NCBI GenBank assembly: GCA_943704425.1
Contig: CALSCP010001513.1
Coordinates: 22,016-71,276 of the forward strand
DNA: 49,261 nucleotides
Source: Ministeria vibrans ATCC 50519
Taxonomy: Eukaryota; Protista; Filasterea
Direction: 5' to 3'
The position numbers were made by a program, and so were the translations under genes. Below are positions 1 through 10,516 of this stretch, one piece after another (the first letter of the stretch is position 1; each line of letters starts with the position of its first letter). The notes below the pieces were generated by a model, which was not told the DNA's origin, ran no database searches, and saw only the letters and a list, made by a program, of their open reading frames with translations.

Positions 1-330
1 GAGAGAGAGAAACAAAGTGATAGAGAGAGAGAGAGAAACAAAGTGATAGAGAGAGAGAGAAACAAAGTGATAGAGAGAGAGAGAGAAACAAAGTGATAGA
101 GAGAGAGAGAGAGAAACAAAGTGATAGAGAGAGAGAGAGAGAAACAAAGTGATAGAGAGAGAGAGAGAAACAAAGTGATAGAGAGAGAGAGAGAAAAACA
201 AAGTGATAGAGAGAGAGAGGAGGGAGAACGAAACAAAGTGATAGAGAGAGAGAGGAGGGAGAACGAAACAAAGTGATAGAGAGGGAGAGGAGGGAAAAAG
301 AGAGGCGGGAGAAAGAAACAAAGTGGTAGA
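1..330. repeat. Intronic minisatellite: (GA)n alternating with GAAACAAAGTGATA
   Basis: About 11 tandem copies of gagaaacaaagtgata separated by GA runs, inside a Beclin intron. Confidence 0.95.
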
Positions 331-351
331 ATGAAAGAGAAATAAGCGTAC

Positions 352-1905
352 TTTTTGAAGCGAAACTTGAGGCGAGTAGCGAGCGTCTGTAGAAGAAGGG
401 AGGTCAGACCCCACGCGGCATTGATCTCGCTCCACTCGACCTGAACGAAGACACACCGTGTGAGATGTTGTGTTATCATACTATCTTCTCCCTTTCTATC
501 TCCTCTCTCTCTCTCTCTATCACTCTGTTTCTTTCTCCCTCCTTTCTCTCTCTGTCTATCTGCTTACGGGGTGTGTGGGGAGTCGTCCGAGGCGCAGTCC
601 GTTGATGGTCCCAAATGTGTTGATGTGGGAGATGTAGAAAGCATGATTCAGCACATTCACCCCCTTCAGCTGGTCCAACTGTGTCTGTGCCAGCCGAAAC
701 CGCATCTCAATGCTACAATGGAAATATTATATCATTATCATAAAAAATATATAAGACGTCATAAATTAATTCTCGTTTCGCGTGCGTTACCTATCGCGTT
801 CTTCAGCATACGCATCCAGTTTGCCATAAAGATCGTTGTAGTCCATCCAATACTGTTCCAGGTCGTCTTCAAGGCCCATTGCGCTGCGTTGCGCCCGCTC
901 CAGCTCCGCCTGAGCCACCGTGCGCTCTCCTTCCAGCTGTGCCAGTTGCGCCTCCAACTGCGCCTCTTCGGCTGCCAGTGCCTGTTCTTCGCGGTCCAGC
1001 TCGTTTGCATTCGATGGGAGCGTCACAGCGCCTAGTTCGTAGCGCGCCAGAAACGCTTCGTAGCGCTTACACTCGGCGTCCGACTCGGCAATACTCTTCT
1101 CGAGACGCTTTGCCAGTGCCTCAGCACAGTCAATGCACAGGGGAAAGTCATAGTCACTGTTACCCGTCATCAGATCAAACAACCGCGTGAGCACCTTGAC
1201 ATGATGCGACAATGTGTCTGTCAACATCAATGCTTGTAGACCATCGGGAAGTTTCACTTTGGACGTTTTGGTTGTCGAGGCAGCCTTGTCCGCGGCTGCA
1301 GCCGTCTGGTCGTCACCCGGTGAGAACGACGACACTTCCAACGACGACGGTTCTCGTTCGCTGTCGCCGCCGCCGCCATTACGATCATCATCATCATCAT
1401 CATCATCGCCACCACCCGTCTCGCCTTCGTCGTCGGGCCTTGCCTCGGTCCTTCCCTTCAGCCCCTCCTCCCCTTTCTCCTTGTCGCCCTCCTCTTCGGC
1501 CCTGTTCTGTTTGTCTTCTCCCTCGACCGCTTCTTTGTCTTCCTCTTGCTCCTGTGCACCAGCAGCAGCACCAACATCGTCGCCATGGTCCGCGCTAGGA
1601 GCGTTGTCAACGTCAACGTGCTCGCTGGGTCGCGGAAGAAACGAGCGAATGACGCGACGCTCGACGGTCGAAAGCTCATCGTCGTCATTGCCCGCCAACG
1701 CTCGGTAGACCTCTTCGCCAGTGCCACCCACGAGCTCGCTACTCGTCGTGCTTGGGGGCGGTGGTCGCTGAGGACGACTGAGACGCGAGAGGGTTTCGGC
1801 CGAGAGTGTTTTCAGCGACGGTCCGACGCGCATGGGCGACCGACACGCCTGACACTGGAACTGGACAACCGTCTGGTTGGCAACCTGATCACTGGCGTCA
1901 GACAT
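352..1905 (-). CDS. BECN1: Beclin-1/Atg6, 3' part runs off the window; exons 1905-791, 712-568, 440-352
   Basis: N-terminal CQAC..., PLCIDCA zinc knuckle and coiled coil. Spliced exons give [27 protein letters not shown] and [11 protein letters not shown], the conserved Beclin ECD/BARA motifs. GT-AG junctions keep the frame. Confidence 0.95.
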
Positions 1906-2253
1906 TTCAACAGAAATCTAATTATTAATGAAAATTGAAAAAATTGAAAAATATTATAATTAAGATTTGGGAAAGAGCTGATGAATAGGAACAAAATAAT
2001 TAAATTAACACAATAAAGAGTGATAAAATACTTCCGCCATAGGGCATAGGCTAATAAATAATGATGAAGACAGACATTTATTTATTTAGTGATGACTAAA
2101 AAGTACGTTGGAAGTTGAAACATGCATGTCTTCTGATAAACTTTTTCATATCATGTTTTTGTGCGCTTTCTTTCCTGTGCGCGTGAAATTGACCCGGTCA
2201 CAAAAGCGTTAAAATAATAGAATGCTACATTCGTATGAAAAAAAATGACTGCA

Positions 2254-3368
2254 TCACTGAACAGGCAAGTGCGTGAGACCAGTCTCATCCTTGAGACGGG
2301 CAAGGAGGGCCGCGGCAGCCGTATCGTCAATGGAGGGCAGGGGCAGACGACACGGACCAACGGCGAGACCCAGAGCATTGTTGAAGGCCTTGAGGCCCGT
2401 AATTTGATAGTTGGTGGTTGGCGACTGGACGTTGACCGAGCAAATGAGGGTGCGCTGTCGGTTGATGAGCGCACGCACCTCGTCGGCACGCGTGCGCTCA
2501 CCGGACTCTTCAGACGCAACCAGCTCACGGAAGATGTGTCCTTCCCAGCCGAGCACCACATTCGCACGTGCTCCGAGCTCAAGTGACCCATTGTCAGCAC
2601 CAGTCGTCAGAATACCAAAACGGTCAGTGTGGTGCGCACAAATGGTGCGCAACTTCGCCTGCTCAATCGCACCCGACACCTTGGCGCCGACAACGTTGGA
2701 TGCACGCGCATGCGCCGCATCCAGTACCGCACATACATCAAACTTGTCATGGTACACGTCCGGGTAGTGGTAGTAGAGTGCAGGAATGGCAGGACAGCGC
2801 GACGCAATGGCCGCCACACACTCTGCCTGAAGGTCCACTGTAGCCGCAATGAAGGTCGACGGAGCCGACACAAGTACCGCATCCACCCGAAGCGACGCCG
2901 CATGCTTGGCCAAAACAAAGGCATCGGCGAGGCAGTGGTGTCCGACGTGCAACATAATCTTCACCTGCACGGACGGAACTTACATTGTTTGGTACGTTCG
3001 TTGATGTACACTCTCCGAGTACCTTTGTTCCTTGGAGTGCCTCATGCCACGCAGTTGCCAACTGGAGGCGCTCATCAACCGTGAGCGAAGGCCATTCTCC
3101 CGTCGTTCCCTGCAGCAGCACACAGTCTACAGCAGATCGACAAAATATTACATAAATAAACACTCGTTCTTTCAACGTTCGCTTCTCGCTTCGAGATTTG
3201 TTCTAATTCTTCACCAATCTCATTGTCAACGGCAAACTTGGCCTGTTTAGCAACAATCGGAACGTTGATTGTGCCGGTGGGACCGTCGCTGGAGGGAAGA
3301 AAGCCCGTGAAAGGAACGCTCACAATTGTGAGACGTCCTTTCGGGAAAACCTTGTCGATCAGGCTCAT
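2254..3368 (-). CDS. N-acetylneuraminate lyase / DHDPS-family class I aldolase; exons 3368-3215, 3126-3023, 2964-2254
   Basis: LQGTTGEW..LTVDER, HVG, YYHYP, VVGAKVS (Schiff-base Lys position) and GPCRLPL motifs. Confidence 0.88.
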
Positions 3369-3563
3369 TATGAAGTGTCAGGCAAAGGATCGAACAAGTA
3401 GTAACTAAAATAAACACCAAACTAAGTAGTGATTAACGATTTATGACAAAAAACTAAAAAAGTTTCAACTTTTTTCCTTTAAATCGATCAATTAGACTCT
3501 CTAGTCTCTACTCTCTAACGACTCACAATAATACTTAACGCGCATAACTACTGACGTTACAGA

Positions 3564-4403
3564 ATGTCGTCTCACAACTTCATTGAGGTGCGTGTTCTTC
3601 GCACTGCTGACGGCGCTCGCGCTCTCTCCTCATTCATTCACCCCTCATTGACTTTTTTAGGCAACCGAAGCTCGTTCCTTCCCCACCGCCATGTTTTCGC
3701 TTCCCGCGCGCTACGACGGCATGTTCAAATCGATTCTTATTCCACACGGCCTTATTCAGGACCGCATTGAAAAGGTGTGGATGGGTTGTTTTGCGTCGTT
3801 CGAATGTCGCACTCACACACTCACTTCCTTTCTCTCTTCAGTTGGCACAAGACATCATCGACTCCATCGGATCCAAGCCCATTACAGCAGTGTGTGTTCT
3901 CAAGGGCGGACACACCTTCTTTGCCGACCTGGTTCGCGTCGTTGAGCGTCGGAATCCGTCAGTAAGGAGACGGAGCACGATCCGTCGACCACTCACTCTT
4001 CATCTTATTGTGCATTCATTTGCAGGGCCACCCCGTCCGATTCGACTTTGTCAGACTCAAGTCGTACGAAGGCACCGAATCAACGGGCCACATTCGCATC
4101 ATTGGCGGAGACTTGGAAGCGTTGCGCGATCGCAATGTGTTGATTGTCGAAGACATTGTGGACACAGGCGCAACCATGGTGAAGCTTTTATCGGAACTGG
4201 AGCAGTACTCGCCGGCCAGCGTCAAGGTCGCGTCACTTCTGGTGAAGCAAACGACGCGCTCCAACGGATACACACCCGACTTCATTGGGTTCAGCATCGA
4301 CGACGCCTTTGTCGTGGGGTACGGCCTTGACTACAACGAACACTTCCGCGATCTCCAGCACATTGCCGTCATCTCGAGCGCAGGCATTGAAAAGTACAAA
4401 TAA
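3564..4403 (+). CDS. HPRT1: Hypoxanthine-guanine phosphoribosyltransferase, 4 exons
   Basis: [32 protein letters not shown] (PRPP-binding loop) and [11 protein letters not shown]. Confidence 0.96.
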
Positions 4404-4457
4404 TAAAGAAGAAGAGCGTGTGTGCAAAAACAAAACATCATCAAGTGTCTCACTCGG

Positions 4458-5790
4458 TCAGCGGATGCGGTAGAAACGAGCGGCAGTCTCTGCCAGCAGA
4501 CACGCGCACTCCTCCTCCGAATACTCACCCGCCAGCGCCACAAACTGTCCCATCTGTGCCTCATGCCCGAGTCCCAACACTTCATCCACAGGACTGTTTC
4601 TACACACACACACACACACACATACAAACATCAGACACGCATTGTTACGTTCCAATTCACTATCTCACTCCGTATTCCCCCACTCTCTTACGTTGCAAAC
4701 ATGCACCGCTCAACCCCAAACATTGCAATGACTTCGCGAACAATCCCGCGAATCTCCGCCCGCCCTTCCTCTGAGCAGTGCCAGTCCTTGCGGGCAAACG
4801 ACAACATGCTAATTTTGACATGGACATTCTTGAGCTGCGCCAGCGCACTCATTCCCTCACGCCACACACTCAATGCGCTTTCAAGAGCATCACTGCCGCT
4901 CTCTCCGTCACCCTTGGTCGGCAGCTTCAGTGTGCCAATGTGGTCCAGCACGACCTGTGTGTTTGGAAACTGAGACAAGAACGTTGCGGCGTCCTTCAAC
5001 TGGTGCGGGTTCACCTACACACAATGCGCATAAGGTTGTCTTTTCTCTTCTCATCCCCACCCGCCCCGCTCCGTACGTGAAGATCAAACGACAGATTGTA
5101 CTTGGAAAGTAAAGCAAATCCAGCGTGAAAGGAAGCGTCTACTTAGAAGAAGAACACATCGTTCACAACAGGCCAACCCACAACATTGAGATATATATTA
5201 CCGTCCTTGAGATAGCGATCGTGCGCGACTCGAGGCCACACGAGCGCCGGATCGTCGGCGTGGTGATTCAACACGTGCCGAATGCCCACCACCTTGCTGT
5301 TTCGGGTCAGTTTGGCGAGAATCTCATCGACATTGCTTGCGCCTAAATCGGCATACGCCACAATTTCTACCAGTGCACAGATGAATGGGCCCATCTCCGA
5401 CAGCACTAGCACCTACTTTTAATCTTCTCCGACCCAAGAGACTCGACCCAGTTCACTTCTTCAATGGGATCGTCGGGAATCGCCTCGATAAACACAGCCG
5501 CTGCAAACCAAAACCACAGTCAGTTGAACACGGCCCGCGCGAGCCTCCTCTCACCTTCCAAGTCACAATACTTGGCCATACTCTGCTCGTACTCGGTCGC
5601 AAGGTACACAGGAAACCTCGTGACCGCCTCGTTTCCTGGTTTGAAACACACTCGCACAAACGTCAACAAACAAAGAAGGAATGACAAAGAAGAGATATTA
5701 TATACACACACCAAGATATTTCTCCGAATGCGTGCCATCCACGGTGTTCCACACGTGCATGTGCGCATCGATGAACCGAGGAAGAGACAT
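4458..5790 (-). CDS. Amidohydrolase_2 family, L-fucono/L-rhamnono-lactonase-like, 7 exons
   Basis: Spliced product has MSLPRFIDAHMHVW, AVFIEA, VVGIRHVLN, LSFDL, VVLDHIG, NVHVKIS, FGVERCMFATNSPVD and TAARFYR. Confidence 0.85.
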
Positions 5791-5875
5791 GGTTGCAATT
5801 CTTTATTTCTTAGCTATCAAAAATTAGTGTCGAATAACGAATTTCTATCTAATATTATTCAACTTTGCTTTCTTT

Positions 5876-6483
5876 TCACACAGTCACTGTCGAAACGCTC
5901 AAGAGCACACAGGAGCCCGAAGCTCCTCCAGCCAAATTGAAGCCATTCTGCTCGTTCTTTGGAATACTGACATAGCTTGGCTGCTGGAAGAACGCGCAGA
6001 CGCCCAGCGTATTTTGCGACGTGATCAAGAGACGCACGCCCGTCGAATCGTGCAGCTCAACGTCGCGCGCGCTCTCCGAATCGAATCTTCAAGGTGATGA
6101 GTGAGAGTGTAAGTGTACGCCTAGCTATTATGTAGATTCTGTTGTCTTTTGGTGTACGTTGCGGATTCCAGATCGCAGTAGAAGTGGTCCGTCGACAACT
6201 GCAAACGGAAGCAGCAGTGTTACAAGATTTTTATTCATATCGACCACTGCTAATTATTTGCTATTCACCATCTTCGTACCATTTTACATGAACCCTTTTG
6301 ATACGACAATGCTTTGGCGTCAGGAAGAGCACCACCGTCAAAGTCTTTGGCGGTCCACACGTCGCCTATGCAGTACGCCTGCACCCGGCATCGGCTAAAG
6401 GAAGCGCGCACGGCAACAATTTGCAGAACGCTCAGCAGCAACAGAGCACGAAACACTGCAAAACAGAGCAGCCCGAGGGTCAT
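5876..6483 (-). CDS. Hypothetical secreted protein, about 151 aa; exons 6483-6280, 6198-6158, 6086-5876
   Basis: Hydrophobic signal-like N-terminus ending AVRA-S. Two canonical GT-AG introns keep the frame. Several cysteines; no recognisable family. Confidence 0.6.
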
Positions 6484-7374
6484 TTCTCACGAATCGCTTC
6501 TCACAGAGTACTAGCACACGACCGAGGTCGGTTAGACGCCAAGAGAGGTGCGCTGTATGGCGGTGGCAAGCAAGGGAGACGCATGTCTCGTCACAACATG
6601 TCATGTTCTTTGCATCGCTGCCAACCGCAGTATCCTCTATTCGCAGCCTTGGGTTCTTACCAATGGCTTTCCACATTATTTATTCCAATGTTTGGCTCAA
6701 AATCAACCCAGAAGCAAAGAATGTCTTGTAAAAAAAACTTTTCGCACAATTATTAAAAATAATTATTATTAATAATAATAATAGTAATAATAATAATAAT
6801 TATTATTATTATTAATTTGTTTTAGTCTATAAATATTTCACTTGCTCAATACATCTGGTAGACCATTTCAACTCGTTCTTGGACGTTGGTACGTTTTGAA
6901 ACCTTTCTTGATTGACAAGACGTCTCAAATTGTCGGTTATAATTCGATGCGCAAAAACAGACATGGACTTGAACGCGATTCTACTTTAGTCGCAGCAAGA
7001 AAAAGACGCAGCACAAATGGCGGAAACTAACAAGTAAAAGTGTGGTCGTTGGTTTAAAGGATTTTTGAGGAAAAGAACTCCCGGAAAAGCTGCAAATTTG
7101 GTCGTTTTTTTGAGCTTTTTTTCCGCGCGAAAAAATGAAAGTCTGGCATGACGTTGCAAATGCTGACACATCGCCGGAACCGGAGCACCGTGCCTCCACA
7201 ATTTGCCTACATTTTGTCTATGACACGTTCAATCATCGCAATGATCGCTGCACGAGAGAAGGGTGCCGCTCGCGTTTGTCCTCAAAATAATTATTATGTT
7301 GCCCAATCCGCCAAATTTCGATGACTTACCTGCTCTCGCGCAGAGACTCTTTCAACCATTCTCTCTTCGTGAAC

Positions 7375-7737
7375 ATGTCAAAGCCCTTGAATGTACACTC
7401 GAGTCCAACAGCATCAGCCAACCATTCACGTTGTGGGACACGTTTTCTTGGCGCGGCCGTCTTGAGACTCCACGAAATCGCCGCACTCCTCAGTGAGGCA
7501 ATTGTACTGGCGTGTCCTTCTTTTTACCTGGCTCAACACAGCCTCACAGTGCACTTTCATGCGTGCGACAGCGCCCTGCGAGAACTCGACTCTTTCAAGA
7601 CTTTTGCGGACAAATTTCTCGACTCACTGTTCGCATTGCCGCGCCTCCAACTCATCGCATACAACGGCACATACGTGCCCGTGGGCGTGCGTGGAGCATG
7701 GTTCGTGAGATTGTTCAAGAGAATAAGTCAGAAATAA
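7375..7737 (+). CDS. Possible hypothetical ORF or gene fragment
   Basis: GC-richer block between AT-rich flanks with a plausible amphipathic translation (DSALRELDSFKTFADKFLDSLFALPRL). The start and gene model are unclear. Confidence 0.3.
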   Translation: MSKPLNVHSSPTASANHSRCGTRFLGAAVLRLHEIAALLSEAIVLACPSFYLAQHSLTVHFHACDSALRELDSFKTFADKFLDSLFALPRLQLIAYNGTYVPVGVRGAWFVRLFKRISQK

Positions 7738-7850
7738 GAAGATAATAATAGTCAGAAATAAGAAGATAATAATAATTGGATGTATTAAAAAATGCGCTCT
7801 CTGCTTTCTTCTCGTTCTCTCTCTCTTTTGACCGTGAAAAGATAAACTTC

Positions 7851-8474
7851 TCAGTACTACAGTGAAATAAAAAAGGAAATGAGCAATCGAGTAACAATAA
7901 GGCGAAAAGGTGAAACGTACTCCACTGAGATCGTCCTGAGAGGCAGAGGCAGCGAGCTTGCTTTCGACAAGCTCTCGCTGCTGCTGCTCCACCAGATGCT
8001 TCTGGATGTACGCTGAGATCAGCGTGGTGATCTCCAGACCCTGTTGTGACTCGCAGCGCGTCACCTTCTGCACCATCAGGTTACTACAGTAGTGGAAATA
8101 AGAGTAAAAATAATGTGAGTGAAAGTCTTTTTTTGTTTGGCTGTTCTTGTCACGTACCCCACTTTCAGATCGACAAAGTGCTTTCCAGACGCACGCGAGC
8201 CAAGACGACGGGTAGACACAATCTCGTTGAATGTGTACGACATGATGACATTCTATGTACAAAAAGAGAGCAAGGAAGAAAAAAAAACAGAAAAAAGTGA
8301 GAATATTACGACGCTATTCAATTTGTGTGCTACGTTACCTTTGTGGTGGACTCAAGGAACGACACGCCGTTCTTACTGACGGCCATGACACAGTCACCCT
8401 GCACGCGCGGGTCCGAGCACGACTACACAAACGAGAGAGGGAAAACGGTGTGTTAAAGTCATGCATATAATACA

Positions 8475-8520
<46 letters not shown>

Positions 8521-8767
8521 TAATCTTACGTTGACGTGGAAGAAGCACGAGCCGTAGAGCGGGAAGAGCTTGATGATAATTTCCATAAAGGCACGACGTG
8601 CTTCGACTGACTGAAGCTTGGCGACATTGGGGTGCTGGGCCACCGTGCATGCGCGCCACTCATCCGGCTGCAGCAGACGGTACAGGATCGTCGGGACGTA
8701 CTTTTGCAGCAGCGACACAGGCGCATCCTGCAGCGACTGCGACGCGGACGGTGATGCCTAAGAGGAG

Positions 8768-8799
<32 letters not shown>

Positions 8800-9032
8800 G
8801 GAATGACCGAACAAGTACATATGAGACAATGACTGGAACGCACCTGGTGGACACTCTGGGGATCAGCCTTCCAGGCGGCGAACATCCTGTCGACGTAGAC
8901 GGCGTTGGTGCCGTTGTTGAAGCTGTCCGTTGACATTCTTCCAATGGCCGACACTGCACTGGGCAGTCGTGGGAGGCTGACGAGCCGCGGGCCCGCGATC
9001 AGACTCCCACGTAGCAGTCTACTCAATATCAT
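7851..9032 (-). CDS. Chimeric ORF, about 254 aa: mitochondrial presequence plus 2-oxoglutarate dehydrogenase E1 N-terminus joined to a myosin-XV-type C-terminal FERM; exons 9032-8844, 8757-8530, 8422-8339, 8252-8158, 8083-7921, 7856-7851
   Basis: Exon 1 has DSFNNGTNAVYVDRMFAAWKADPQSVH (OGDH/SucA N-terminal motif). Later exons have PLYGSCFFHV, CVMAVSKNGVSFL, YTFNEIVSTR and DLKVGNLMVQKVTRCESQQGLEITTLISAYI (myosin XV FERM F2/F3). Confidence 0.7.
8477..8519. repeat. (TAA)n microsatellite in intron
   Basis: Read directly from the sequence. Confidence 0.95.
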
Positions 9033-9236
9033 GCTGGATATGGAAAAAAAGATGTTTGCGACTTTGTAAGTCAGTCAGGTGTCGAATGGAATTCAGAGAG
9101 ACGAGTCAAAAAGATATTCGACAAAAACTGGAGAGTTTTAGTCGAGTATCATTTGGTTACCATAAGGGAGAAGTAACATTCACATTACTACTTAGTATAC
9201 GACAGTCTTGTTCTTTGCACAGATACAACTACAGTC

Positions 9237-10449
9237 ATGCCTCTTCCCGCACCTCTTGACAACCTGAGGGTACGCTGAGTCGCTCTGCTTCTCTGCTCCA
9301 CAAAACCTCCTTTGGATTTGATGACAAAAAAAAAAAAAGAGTCTCGTGATGGCATACGGGCCCATTCAACGGCCGCATTTTGTACTGCGCCGGGGACAAA
9401 AGGCTCTCATGCGTGGCTGTCGTGTTGAAACTTCCAATCGAAACCGTCTCTAACTCTCGTCGTGTCCTTTTTTTTTTTTTTTTCGACGGTTGCGTCCACG
9501 CTCTCGCCATCCGCAGGTCATTGTCCTCATCCAGCTGGTAAGAGCCCCTTCTATGTCGATCTTCCATGTGCTGCGTCTGCTCGCCATCCCCCCTGCGTCC
9601 TCCCTCTTCTCTTACTGTGTCTCTGAGTGTCTGTGACTTTTTTTTTTTTCCATTTCGACGTTTTGGGAATTTTCCCGTTCCCCCAAAGCATTGTACACGG
9701 ACATGTCCGTTCGAATGGCAGCCGGGGCCATCCGGGGTCCTCTTGTACTGTCTCGCGTTCTCCCTTGCCCTTCACGATGGCTATTTTGGCGCTCTTTTTC
9801 TTTTTTTCTTTTTTTTTGTGGCAGTAGCACTGACCCGTTTGACTTGACTCTTGTGTTTTTTAGACCATTGCGTTCTTCTCTTGTATGGGACACGGTTTCG
9901 GCTACAACGTGGCTGCCTTTGTCATTGTCCTGTGGGCTCACTTCCGTCAGGTACAATGACTGTTACGCTGATCAGTGTGTGTGTGTGTGTGTCTGTTTGT
10001 TTGTGTGTATGTGCGTGTGTGCTGACACAACCCGTTTTTTATTTCTTTTCTTTTTTATTTCTTTTTTCGACATTTAGGGCGAGAAGGACCCGTTGGCGAT
10101 TGCGATGGGCATGCTTCTGATGTCGGTGCTTGTTGACATTGTGATCCTGGGCGTCTACGGCGAGCAGGCCTTCGATGCACCCAACAACAAGTACACGGGC
10201 ACCAGTAAATTCGCTCTTGGCATGTGCATCCTCAACCTCATCATCAAGCCCCTGACGGGTTTCATTGCCTACTCGGAGTGGCAGACACGCGGTGAAGGTG
10301 CCGGTGCCTACTCGGGCGAGTACAGCGACCCCAGCGCATCCTACTCGGGCTACGGCGGCGCTGCCCCGTCTGGCGCTGCTGGCTACCAGGGTGCTGGTGA
10401 CCAGTCTGCTGGCTACCAGGCCGGTGCTCCCGAGAAGGCTTCCTTTTAA
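9237..10449 (+). CDS. AGTRAP: Angiotensin II receptor-associated protein-like; exons 9237-9269, 9517-9537, 9864-9950, 10078-10449
   Basis: NLRVIVLIQLTIAFFSC, LVDIVILGVY and KFALGMCILNLIIKPL..IAYSEWQTRG match the AGTRAP pattern (RFGVGMAILSLLLKP..YRERGG). Confidence 0.82.
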
Positions 10450-10516
10450 AAATTACACACATACACATAGTTTCACACCCTCCCTTTCCTCATTTCTAAT
10501 GTTCACATCTCCGTGT

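Noticed and set aside
1-330. CRISPR-like regular repeat array
   Set aside because: The spacers are just GA runs, the context is a eukaryotic intron, and there are no cas genes.
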